Assembly (NCBI GenBank): GCA_963666315.2
Contig: CAXXHG010000007.1
Span: 56,020-120,019, forward strand
DNA from: Candidatus Binatia bacterium
GTDB lineage: Bacteria; Desulfobacterota; Binatia; Bin18
Length of the DNA: 64,000 bases
Direction of reading: 5' to 3'
In this document: piece after piece, positions 1 through 9,154 of the stretch
Numbering within the stretch: the stretch's first letter is position 1
Layout of the letters: each line of letters begins with the position of its first letter
Made by a program: the position numbers and the translations under genes
Notes under the pieces: model-generated
The model's database searches: none
Told to the model about the DNA's origin: nothing
The model's input: the letters and a program-made list of their open reading frames with translations, nothing else

Positions 1-1842
1 CTGACGCTAGTCATGAGTAGCAACCTGCTCATGATGTTCATGTGCTGGGAAGTCATGGGCATCTGCTCCTATCTGCTGATCTCCCACCAATCCGATCGAA
101 AGGCGGCTTGCAACGCGGCGACAAAGGCCTTTCTCGTCAACGCCGTGGCCGACATTGGTCTGTTGTTCGGCATCATTCTGACCTTTGCCACGTTCGAGAC
201 GCTGGATGTCCGGCAGATCCTCAGTCAGTCCGCGAGCGTCAGCGGACAGACCATCAACCTGCTGGCATGGGTTGGCTTTGAATGGCACGTTCGTACGGTC
301 ACGTTGATCACGCTCTTGCTGTTTATGGGATGCTTGGGTAAATCGGCTCAGGTTCCATTCCATGTGTGGTTGCCTAACGCAATGGAGGCCCCAACCCCCG
401 TCTCGGCACTGATTCACGCTGCCACGATGGTCAATGCCGGGCCTTATTTGTTGGTTCGATTCAGCGACTTGGTACTACTGTCGCCTGCGGCGATGATGGT
501 GATCGCCATTATCGGTGCAACGACCGCGCTGTTCGCCGCGATGGTCGCTCTGACGCAGAGCGATATCAAGAAGATCCTCGCCTATTCCACGATCAGCCAA
601 ATCGGTTTCATGATCATGACATGTGGCCTGGGGGCGTTTATGGTGGCTATCTTTCATATGTTGGCTCACGGATTCTTGAAGGGCTTCCTGTTTTTATCGA
701 CAGGCAACGAGCTCGCATCAGCCGGCTCGCACGCACACCACGTACCCACACGACCGAAACTGTTGTCGCCGGTATCCCTCGGGGCGTTGATCCTGGCCTG
801 TGCTCCGCCCGCGCTGATCTTCTCGGGTCCATATGGGGCACTGTGGACGGTCCACAATTCGAGCGCCGCTCAGATCGCTTTCTGGGTGATCGGCTTGCTG
901 ACCGTCTTCTTCACGGCCATGTATCTTTTTCGCGGACTTACCTCGTTGTTTCAGCCAGCCACATCCGCGCTCGTTCAGCCGCGGTTCTTTTCCCCTTTGC
1001 ATCTCGTGGCTATCATCGTCGGATCGCTCGGGTTGATCAGCACTTTGTTGGCGCTCTGGGTGTGGTTTGTACCGTTCCTGGCACCGGCAATAGCGACGCC
1101 ATATCCACTCGTCGAGGGCTTCTGGCAGACGAGTCACGTGCCGTTGCTCGTATTGGCCCTGGTGGCGGCGCTGGCTGGCTGGGGCTTGGCGGCGCTGCTT
1201 CAGGCAAGACCCATGCTGTCCGCCGTTCCTCGCTTGCACTTCGCACAAACGATGTACGTGCTGTTTCTCAACAAATTCTATTTCGATGAGGCGTATAGCC
1301 TGTACATCGTTCAGCCCATGGTCCGAATGGTCAAGTGGCTGTGGCGTGAGATCGACGTTGGCGTCATCAACGGTCTGATCCATGGGATGGCTGCGAGGTT
1401 GGTTCGCTTTGGCCAGTGGCTGTGGGAGACAGTCGACGTTCGCGGTATTGATGACGTGGTTCGTCGTCTTGCAAGGAATACTGTCCTTTTTGGCCGGTGG
1501 CTGTGGGAGACAGTCGACGTTCGCGGTATTGATGACGTGGTTCGTCGTCTTGCAAGGAATACTGTCCTTTTTGGCCGGTGGCTGTGGGAGACAGTCGACG
1601 TTCGCGGTATTGATCGCATGGTCGTCGAAGGTGGTCAACAGAGTGCGGGGCTATCCCAGTGGCTGTGGGAGGCAGTCGACGTTCGCCGAATCGAGAAAGG
1701 CGCGGACCAAGTAGATCGTGCAGCCGAAGCCAGCGGGAAGAAACTGAACGAAGTCGAACCACGGCCGATTCAAGACCACTTGGGTGTGTTGATCGCATGG
1801 TTAGTCGCGGTCATCCTGTTTTTCTATTGGCTCGTATTATAA
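1..1842 (+). CDS. nuoL: NADH-quinone oxidoreductase subunit L-like antiporter (5' end outside window) with extended lateral helix
   Basis: Motifs WEVMGICSYLLI, GKSAQVPFHVWLPNAMEAPTPVSALIHAATMV, DIKKILAYSTISQIGFM, NKFYFDE; frame is open to position 1. Confidence 0.9.
   Translation: MTLVMSSNLLMMFMCWEVMGICSYLLISHQSDRKAACNAATKAFLVNAVADIGLLFGIILTFATFETLDVRQILSQSASVSGQTINLLAWVGFEWHVRTVTLITLLLFMGCLGKSAQVPFHVWLPNAMEAPTPVSALIHAATMVNAGPYLLVRFSDLVLLSPAAMMVIAIIGATTALFAAMVALTQSDIKKILAYSTISQIGFMIMTCGLGAFMVAIFHMLAHGFLKGFLFLSTGNELASAGSHAHHVPTRPKLLSPVSLGALILACAPPALIFSGPYGALWTVHNSSAAQIAFWVIGLLTVFFTAMYLFRGLTSLFQPATSALVQPRFFSPLHLVAIIVGSLGLISTLLALWVWFVPFLAPAIATPYPLVEGFWQTSHVPLLVLALVAALAGWGLAALLQARPMLSAVPRLHFAQTMYVLFLNKFYFDEAYSLYIVQPMVRMVKWLWREIDVGVINGLIHGMAARLVRFGQWLWETVDVRGIDDVVRRLARNTVLFGRWLWETVDVRGIDDVVRRLARNTVLFGRWLWETVDVRGIDRMVVEGGQQSAGLSQWLWEAVDVRRIEKGADQVDRAAEASGKKLNEVEPRPIQDHLGVLIAWLVAVILFFYWLVL
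1335..1739 (+). repeat. Five 81-bp (27-aa) in-frame tandem units inside nuoL
   Basis: GTGGCTGTGG recurs at 1335, 1416, 1497, 1578 and 1659; sequence 1416-1614 is a perfect 81-bp tandem repeat. Confidence 0.95.
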
Positions 1843-1877
1843 CAATTTATAACAAGGCGCCCTGAAGAGTTGATGCT

Positions 1878-3368
1878 ATGAATGAACACCTGCTGTCTTT
1901 GATTATTTCCGTTCCTTTTGTTGGCATTGTGGTCCTGGCATTCGCGCCAAGCGAGCCGTGGATGCGGCGAATTGCGCTTGGCTGCACGCTGCTGGCCTTC
2001 GGGCTCTTCCTGATTCTCTGGTCCGGGTTCGACCCCAATGAGCAGGGCATGCAGTTTGTGGAGCGTATGCAGTGGATGCCGACATTCAACATTCAATATG
2101 CGGTTGGCGTAGATGGCATCAGCATCCTCTTGGTGTTGCTCACAACACTGCTGTCCCCTCTGTGCGTGTTGTGTTCGTGGACTTCGATCACCTCGCACGT
2201 GCGGGCCTTCATGATGCTGATTCTCCTGGTCGAAGGCGCCATGCTGGTGGTTTTTACGGCCCTGGACCTGTTCCTGTTCTTTATGATGTGGGAAGTCACG
2301 ATGATTCCTATGTACTTTATGATCATCCTCTGGGGCGGACCCGGACGGATTGCCGCGGGGTTGAAGTTCATCCTGTATAGTTTGACGGGAAGCCTACTGC
2401 TGCTCGTGGGGATTCTGGGACTTTACGTCCAAGGCGGACATACTTTTGACATGATTGCCCTGGCGGAGCAGACCTATTCTTCCACATCCCAGTTTTGGAT
2501 GTTTCTAGCTTTCATGTTGGCCTTTGCCATCAAGCTTCCGATGTTTCCGTTTCACACCTGGCTGCCTGACGCCCACGCTGAGGCGCCCACGGCCGGCAGT
2601 GTCATTTTGGCCGGCGTGCTTTTGAAAATGGGCGGATATGGATTCTTGCGGATTTGTCTGCCGATCCTTCCCGATGCGTCAGCGAGCTTTGCTCCCTTTA
2701 TGCTCTGGTTGTCGGTTGTGGCGATTCTGTACGGCGGGTTTATGGCCCTCGCCCAGGACGACATCAAAAAGCTTGTCGCCTATTCGTCGATCTCTCACAT
2801 GGGGTTCGTTACGCTGGGTATCTTCGTTTTCAATAGCCAGGGGATCCAAGGCGCGATTCTCCAAATGTTCAACCACGGGATCGTCACCGGGGCGATGTTC
2901 CTTGCGGTCGGCGTGTTATACGACCGCACGCACAGCCGACTGATCGGGGACTACGGCGGGCTGCACAAACAGATGCCACGGTTTGTCGCCCTGTTTTGTG
3001 TTTTCTCGGTGGCATCTTTCGGGCTGCCGGGGACGTGCGGTTTTATTGGCGAGGTCCTGGTATTGCTTGGCACCTCAGAGGAGAGTTTCGTTCTGGTCTT
3101 ACTCGCCATGGGAGGCATCGTACTGGCGGCGTCTTACATTCTATGGATGTTCCAACGAGTGGCGTTGGGACAGGCTGGCACGCAAGTCGCCTCGCAGCTT
3201 TCTGACATCACCGTCCGTGAAACGGTAACTCTCGCGCCGCTCGCCCTGGTGGTGTTTGCTGTCGGCGTCTATCCACGCCCACTTATGGAATTGATCGACG
3301 CCGGCGTCACCAAACTCGTGGAACTGACTCGTCAGGGACTGCCGCCCGAGATAACGGGCCTTTTCTAG
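1878..3368 (+). CDS. nuoM: NADH-quinone oxidoreductase subunit M
   Basis: Motifs GVDGIS, FAIKLPMFPFHTWLPDAHAEAPTAGSVILAGVLLKMGGYG, LVAYSSISHMGFV. Confidence 0.93.
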   Translation: MNEHLLSLIISVPFVGIVVLAFAPSEPWMRRIALGCTLLAFGLFLILWSGFDPNEQGMQFVERMQWMPTFNIQYAVGVDGISILLVLLTTLLSPLCVLCSWTSITSHVRAFMMLILLVEGAMLVVFTALDLFLFFMMWEVTMIPMYFMIILWGGPGRIAAGLKFILYSLTGSLLLLVGILGLYVQGGHTFDMIALAEQTYSSTSQFWMFLAFMLAFAIKLPMFPFHTWLPDAHAEAPTAGSVILAGVLLKMGGYGFLRICLPILPDASASFAPFMLWLSVVAILYGGFMALAQDDIKKLVAYSSISHMGFVTLGIFVFNSQGIQGAILQMFNHGIVTGAMFLAVGVLYDRTHSRLIGDYGGLHKQMPRFVALFCVFSVASFGLPGTCGFIGEVLVLLGTSEESFVLVLLAMGGIVLAASYILWMFQRVALGQAGTQVASQLSDITVRETVTLAPLALVVFAVGVYPRPLMELIDAGVTKLVELTRQGLPPEITGLF

Positions 3369-3903
3369 TTGGCCAGCTCACTCGTCAACAAAGACCAACT
3401 ACACGGTGAAGCCATGCAGCGGAGAGATTGGGAGCGGCTGTGTGAACTGAACGCGGTCCAACAGGTTAACGAGGATCTTTCATATCCTGTCTGAATGGGC
3501 CCCCTGAATCCGCCCAGAGCAGGAGTGCGAGAGAATCTGTCAAGTGTCACGCGTAAATCACATGCCTGTCAGTTCCCCCGCAACATTGTGTTCTATGTCC
3601 TTGCTGCCAGGCGGCTTGACATGGTCTGATTAGCCGCTCTTCTGCGTGAATCTCAACAGCTATTAGCAAGGGTATGGGTCACTCTCCCCGCAGGCAGGTA
3701 AGACAGCGTTGAGATAAAACAGCCCTGTTACAAGACAATGGCAGTATTATGATGTATGTGAAAATCCCGGGCTGGATTTCTATTCAAATCCGAGGATGCA
3801 GCCCGGTAGGGAGCTCTAGCCTGTTGCCTGAAGAGCCTCAGCGGCAGGAGGGAAGAAGGCTTGCTGCACGAGCAGTAACAGTTCCGCAACGGAAAAAATT
3901 TTG

Positions 3904-4216
3904 CTTAGTCAGTGCTAGACGGGAGGTGTTTGAGTTCCTGTTGCTGCTTTTGCGAAGCCAAGACACCGACAACAATGATTGGGACATCACGGATACGGGC
4001 ATTTTGATGGGTACGGATCTATTCGAATATCTTCTAGCCGCTTTTGAGGGGCAGCCGTGGTTCGAGGGTCGCCAGGTCGGGCACAAATGATTCGATGAGC
4101 AAGCAGGCCTGTCCCCCGTCTCCGGCCGCTTTAAAACAATAGCCGGCTTGCTCAAAGTTGTAGGTGATCAGGCTGGCAATACTTACCTCATTCTCCATCA
4201 CAAGAATCTTCTTCAA
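3904..4216 (-). pseudogene. PhoB/OmpR-like response regulator receiver domain remnant
   Basis: KKILVMENEVSIASLITYNFEQAGY...VPDLATLE; receiver-like sequence continues past in-frame stops (RIRDVPIIVV); acidic pocket residues altered. Confidence 0.65.
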
Positions 4217-4286
4217 TGGTGCGATCCCTTCTAATGTGATCCAAAAACAAAAAGATCAATTCGAGACCGCCAAAAGATTTCATTGA

Positions 4287-4315
4287 GGTGACGGGTCTAT
4301 GAAGAAATTATGACC
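4287..4315 (-). promoter_or_regulatory. Pho-box-like triple half-site facing the receiver pseudogene
   Basis: Minus strand reads GGTCATA-attt-CTTCATA-gacc-CGTCACC, 11-bp period. Confidence 0.6.
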
Positions 4316-4330
4316 ATGGCTTGTCGGCTG

Positions 4331-4359
4331 TTTCACAAGACCGTCATACTCTTTTCATC
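4331..4359 (+). promoter_or_regulatory. Pho-box-like triple half-site, divergent
   Basis: TTTCACA (4331), CGTCATA (4342), TTTCATC (4353), 11-bp period. Confidence 0.55.
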
Positions 4360-4411
4360 TATGTGAAGGAGTCAAGGCATATAGTTCCAAGAAAAATGTA
4401 TAGAGGAGAAT

Positions 4412-4619
4412 ATGCGCAACAGGACCGTTTACCCTGCGGGCGGTGTTCTTGAGTCCTGAGTGGCATGAGCGTGTGCAACGTGTTGCTGGAGCCCGTGGTC
4501 CCCCACCCCATGAATTTATGCGTGAGGCCATTGAGCCTGAGATCGTCAGACGTGAGATCCTGATCGGCAAACAGAAGACCGGGAAAGCTAAAGAATCGCT
4601 GCCGATCATTCTTCACTAA
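4412..4619 (+). pseudogene. Small CopG/ribbon-helix-helix-like protein, +1 frameshift just after ATG
   Basis: RBS GAGGAG before ATG 4412; shifted frame reads VFLSPEWHERVQRVAGARG...EFMREAIE, stop at 4617-4619. Confidence 0.4.
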
Positions 4620-4670
4620 AGAAGTTGAAGGCTCCACTAGCATAGCCTGGACAACAACTCTTTCCTTCCT

Positions 4671-5033
4671 TCACCTGAGGCTCGACGAGGTGTACGCACA
4701 TTTCGCACCTCGAACAGTAGAGGGCGGTTCATTGAAAATGACTTCTTGAACAAGCCCTGCAAGGTTTTCACGAGTTGCGGGGAGGCTTTCTTTCCCGCAA
4801 CTCGTCAGTTCACAATAACGTCTAATCCGGCCACGGATGATCGTGGCCGGACTTCTCAATAATGTTGCCTGCTCTAACGAGTGGAGCAGAGGATACAGGC
4901 TGCCTGGGCTAATACGGTAGCCCAACCGGTCAAGGGTTTTGCTGAGCAGTCCACCATATGTCTCGCCCGGGCCCGCTTTGTAAAGGACGAATACCTTGAC
5001 CATGCCCGAGTGTAGATATACAGCACGACCCAC
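4671..5033 (-). CDS. PadR-family transcriptional regulator
   Basis: ETYGGLL...GYRISPGSLYPLLHSLEQ...GRIRRYCELTSCG. Confidence 0.8.
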   Translation of the reverse strand: MGRAVYLHSGMVKVFVLYKAGPGETYGGLLSKTLDRLGYRISPGSLYPLLHSLEQATLLRSPATIIRGRIRRYCELTSCGKESLPATRENLAGLVQEVIFNEPPSTVRGAKCAYTSSSLR

Positions 5034-5060
5034 ATTTTGATGAAGGAAAAATCAATTCTG

Positions 5061-5078
5061 TGTGACAGTTGTGTTACG
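5061..5078 (-). promoter_or_regulatory. Pho-box-like pair upstream of padR
   Basis: Minus strand CGTAACA-caac-TGTCACA, 11-bp period. Confidence 0.55.
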
Positions 5079-5328
5079 GAGAGCTTGTATGATGGGAAGG
5101 AAACGCCCATCAGTGCTAGCAGCTACTGGCCAGCGGCTTGGTCTTCTTGCGCGGCGCCTCCAAGAGCGGAGGAATGCGCGCAAATTCCTCGCGCGTGAGT
5201 TCACTCGGGTACTGATGCTTCACGCTTCCCTCCTCTTCAATCCGGAAGGACTACCACATCACCCAAAATTCATCTTGAACAGGTTCTTAGATATCGGTGA
5301 AAAATTTATAGAAAAGGGATGGGCTGGA

Positions 5329-5565
5329 TTATTGAGCCGTTGTGACCGTTGCCTGCTGTTCGAGATGTTGAAGTGCCTTTTGCACATCTTCCGCCGATGC
5401 CTGAAAGCGTATCATGAGGGTACGGACATCGATCAAGTCATGCGGCTGGTGGCTAAGGTGTTGGATGAGACGTTGCGTCGGTTCGGAAGGACTATCAGAG
5501 CATACGGTCTGTTTCGGATCTTTATGTGGCATGTGTTTCAGGGCTCTCCTGTCTATTTTATCCAT
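5329..5565 (-). CDS. Small hypothetical protein (78 aa), possibly winged-helix-like
   Basis: ATG start directly downstream of a four-unit Pho-box array; LIQHLSHQPHDLIDVRTLMIRFQASAEDVQKAL. Confidence 0.5.
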   Translation of the reverse strand: MDKIDRRALKHMPHKDPKQTVCSDSPSEPTQRLIQHLSHQPHDLIDVRTLMIRFQASAEDVQKALQHLEQQATVTTAQ

Positions 5566-5601
5566 TCTATCTGAAATAGTTGTGGCGGAGAATAAGCGGC
5601 T

Positions 5602-5641
5602 TGTTACAAGAGTGTTACAAGATGGTGAAATCTATGTGACG
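5602..5641 (-). promoter_or_regulatory. Pho-box-like array of four half-sites
   Basis: Plus strand TGTTACA 5602, TGTTACA 5613, GGTGAAA 5624, TGTGACG 5635; exact 11-bp period. Confidence 0.7.
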
Positions 5642-5654
5642 TAGAAAGATCGCA

Positions 5655-5748
5655 AATAAAAGAAAGGCCCGTGGGGTAAAGGAGGGGAAACCCACGGGCC
5701 TTGATACACGCTGAGTCGGGGAGACTCAACCGTGTAAACGTTCATGAC
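5655..5748 (-). ncRNA. Candidate ~95-nt sRNA with two C-rich loop hairpins; second hairpin is an intrinsic terminator
   Basis: Extended -10 TGcTATAAG at 5755-5763; hairpin 5705-5736 with loop UCCCC; 12-bp stem 5664-5702 with loop containing CCCCUCCUUU, followed by a U-rich tail. Confidence 0.5.
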
Positions 5749-5876
5749 AAGATTCTTATAGCATGTGAATATGATGTATGGAAGATAAGTCATACTAAAT
5801 TATTTATTTTTTTATTATTAGATATATTTATAGTTCGAGCAGTCCGTACTACGAGGAATCTTTGTATCATCGCGAT

Positions 5877-7253
5877 TCACACAAAACGCAAGAAGAGAGT
5901 CAAAATTCCCAGAAAGGACAGAAAGCCGCAGATATCGGTACAGGCCGTCACAAACACGTTTGATGCCACGGCTGGATCAATTCCCACGCGTCGCAGGGTG
6001 AGAGGGACGATACTGCCGACGAACGCGGCGACTATTAAGTTGACCATCAATGCCAGGGCCAAGACTATGCCGAGCGTTGGATTGCCCTTCCACAAATAGG
6101 CTACGAATCCTGCAGCACAGCCGAGGGCCAGCCCGTTGCCCAGCGCAATCGTCAATTCTTTGACTAACACCCGTTTGGTCTGGGTCAGGGGCACTTCGCC
6201 TAACGCAATACCGCGCACAATGATGGTCAGCGTTTGAACCCCGGCATTACCGCCCTGGGCGGCAACAATTGTCATAAAGGCGGCGGCAATAGCGACTTGC
6301 TGAATCGTGCCTTCAAAAAAGGAAATGACTACAGCGCTCAGCGTGGTTGTGACCAGATTCAGGGCAAGCCACGGGAGGCGTAGGCGGATGGACTGCCAGG
6401 CCGAGTCAAGAACCTCTTCTTCTTCGTCAAGACCTGCCAGCTTGAAAATATCTTCGGTTGCTTCTTCTTCGAGTACATCAACCACATCGTCAACGGTAAT
6501 GCGTCCCAGCAGCAGGCCTTCGACGTCGACCACGGGCAGAGAAATAAGGTCGTATTTTTTGAACATGAGCGCGACCTGTTCCTGGTCGAGATCAGCACGG
6601 ACCGAAATGACCTGTTGGTCCATGACGCTTTCAACCACATCACTCGGACGGGCGAGGATGAATTTACGCAGGGGCAGAACGCCGACAAGATGACGGGTTT
6701 GATTCACAATAAAAACGATATTGATGTCAGGGATGTCGTCGATACGACTGCGGATCATTTCAATGGCCTGGTCTATGCGGGTGCCTTGCGGCACGGCCAT
6801 ATACTCGACCTGCATAATCCCGCCTGCCGTATCGGGTGGATACTGCAAGAGCTGGGAGACTTCCTCAGACAGGTCCTGGGGCACCTCATCGAGGACGGCC
6901 TTGGCTCGTCGGGCAGAGAGTGAGGCGAGTAGATCTGCCGCGTCGTCGGAGTCAAGATATTCGACTAAATCGCCCAGTATGTCGTCAGACAGTCGCTCAA
7001 CCAGCGTGTTTTTGGTGTGGGGGGAAACCAGGCTGAGGGCTGCTGCCGCATGGCGTAACTCCAGAAAAGCAAAGACTTTGTGTTTGACTTCGGGCTCTTC
7101 CAGAACGTTCAGCAGCTCCGCCGTATCCGCCGGATGCAGGCTCGCGACTCCGGTCCGCACGATCTCGTCTTGACCCAGCTCGGCTTGGATAACGAGGTGT
7201 TCCAAGGACGTGGGACGATCCGGAATTGGTGAGGAGGTCACTTGAATCGCCAT
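5877..7253 (-). CDS. mgtE: Magnesium transporter MgtE
   Basis: HPADTAE, YPPDTAGGIM, CBS pair, GRITVDDVVD, RLPWL, GGNAGVQ, GIDPAVAS. Confidence 0.95.
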   Translation of the reverse strand: MAIQVTSSPIPDRPTSLEHLVIQAELGQDEIVRTGVASLHPADTAELLNVLEEPEVKHKVFAFLELRHAAAALSLVSPHTKNTLVERLSDDILGDLVEYLDSDDAADLLASLSARRAKAVLDEVPQDLSEEVSQLLQYPPDTAGGIMQVEYMAVPQGTRIDQAIEMIRSRIDDIPDINIVFIVNQTRHLVGVLPLRKFILARPSDVVESVMDQQVISVRADLDQEQVALMFKKYDLISLPVVDVEGLLLGRITVDDVVDVLEEEATEDIFKLAGLDEEEEVLDSAWQSIRLRLPWLALNLVTTTLSAVVISFFEGTIQQVAIAAAFMTIVAAQGGNAGVQTLTIIVRGIALGEVPLTQTKRVLVKELTIALGNGLALGCAAGFVAYLWKGNPTLGIVLALALMVNLIVAAFVGSIVPLTLRRVGIDPAVASNVFVTACTDICGFLSFLGILTLFLRFV

Positions 7254-7362
7254 AGCTATGTTCTCGTATAGGAATCGATCCGATGAGACGAGAGCGTACG
7301 TTCTTTTCTGCCGTCTTTGATGCGGGCGTGCAGTTCATACGGGGGTGCAGTGAAAAGAGTGC

Positions 7363-8985
7363 TCACGGCGGAGACAGGTCTAATACGGACCCCTTTGTAT
7401 TTGTCCGTTCTCCGCTCTGACATCGGCAACCAAATGCACCGTTCCATCCGCGTGCGGTTGGGTGCGGACAAAGCCGAAATTGAACAGGTCGCCCTGTGCG
7501 TATAGTAGTGTTGGGTTGAGGGTTGGATCAAGTTGGGTTTGGGTCACGGCTGGAGCCATGCCGGCATTCAGTGGTCCAGTGATCAGTTCATGAAAAATGA
7601 GCAGATCGCCGTCTCCGTCGGCATCAAGTGCGTATCGAATCTGGGCTGCAAAATGAACGTCGGTGGTGATAAAGACAATATTGTTCACATTGGCTTCATC
7701 TAGGAAGTGTAGGAGATCTAGGAGTTCTCGCTCAAATCCAGTCTGACCCGTCTGGGCAGAAAAGTCCGGACTGTTTCCATTCGCCCAGCCATCTCGACCC
7801 AATATGTGGGCTAGGCTTCCGGTCGGAACAGACAGGGGGACATCGCTACTGACGATTTTCCAGGTCGCTTGTGAATCCTGAAGTTGCTGTTTCAGCCAAG
7901 CGAGTTGCGCCGAACCGAGTAGTGCCTTCTGGTGTGTTTGCGTATCGGCCAGATCGTTCCGGCCTCGATATGAGCGTGCATCCAGGAGAAAAAGGTCGAG
8001 GTGCTGCCCCCACTGGAAGGCGCGATATATCCGCTGGGACCCGTCTGGATGTCGAGCGATGGGCGAGTACAGAAAAAATGTTTCCCGGCCAATAGTGACA
8101 AGGTTGGGATAGCCTATTCGTTCTCCTGTCGTTTGCGCCCAGTATGTCCAGCGCGCCCCAAAGTCGTTCAGTACTTCATGATCGTCCCACTGGGCATACA
8201 TGGGCACGTGCTGGAAGAAGTGCTGCACGGCAGGATCCGCGCGATTGTATTGCCAATGCAGGCGATAGACTCGCCGCAGCTGGCTGAGATCGGTCCAATC
8301 CACTGTCGGCGAGAGTACGCCGGGAAACCGGCCTGGAATATTCTTCCAGACCGGAGGAGGTGAGCTGTGTGGTTCGTTTGCTCCAGCTCCAAGTGGTCCA
8401 AGCAGCCGTTCAGGGGGACAACCATCATCCGCATAAATCATATCGCCATTGGCAACAAAGAAGTCGGGCTGTAACGCGGCCATCCGGGTAAAGATGGCAT
8501 AGCCTGTCTGTTTTTGGCGACACAGACCTTGTCCGCCCAAATCTCCGCCAAAGACAAAGGTAACAGGCTTGGGAGATTCACCATCTGGAGCGGTTGTCAA
8601 GCGGCCTTGCGTAGTCGCTGACTGCTCACGCTGATTTCCTGCCGGCTCGGCTGTGAGCCAGACGCGGTAATAGTAGTGCGTGCTGGGCTGCAGCCCGGTC
8701 GGTGCGACCTGGCCGGTGTAGTCCGACTCTTGGGTGACGAAGATTAGGTTGTGCAGTCTGAGGATGAGAGAAGTCCGGACTCCTGTCGTATGCGACACGG
8801 AGATAGACCTCGTGATTGGCTCGGGACCAGATAACGACACTGTGTGATGTTACATCACCACGCGCAATACCGTGGGTGAGCGTCGCCACGTCTGCGATTT
8901 GGGCAGACTGGCCACCGGGGAGGGCATACAGTAACAAGAACATGCTGATTAAGAGCAGACGGACACCCATTCGCAGCCGAGGCAT
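7363..8985 (-). pseudogene. phoD: Alkaline phosphatase D (PhoD), frameshifted
   Basis: Signal peptide and THGIARGDVT..VVIWSR in one frame, +1 shift near 8745 into NGDMIYAD, WDDHEV, LDARSYR, TTDVH; probable second shift near 7392 (GSVLDLSPP*). Confidence 0.85.
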
Positions 8986-9029
8986 AGTTTTTCCTCTCGT
9001 TCTTTGCACTGGCTTACAGCATACACAAA

Positions 9030-9062
9030 CAAATAAGCAAATAGGCAAATAAGCAAATAAGC
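9030..9062. repeat. 8-bp tandem repeat (CAAATAAG)x4 in the phoD/phoX divergent spacer
   Basis: caaataag caaatagg caaataag caaataag. Confidence 0.85.
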
Positions 9063-9154
9063 CCGGAGAGGGGCAGCGCCCCCTCGGGGCAATGCCCCTT
9101 CCTTGTCAGGTCTGCCGACTGCTATCGTGTATCAGTTTCATATTGCTAGCTCGC

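Noticed and set aside
718-1638. Long antisense or shadow ORFs (e.g. 718-1638, 5062-5574, 14461-15078, 47379-48083, 50038-50934, 55686-56399)
   Set aside because: They overlap better-supported genes on the other strand and have no motifs; expected at high GC.
1335-1739. 81-bp repeats as a CRISPR array
   Set aside because: No unique spacers, in-frame coding repeats, no cas genes.
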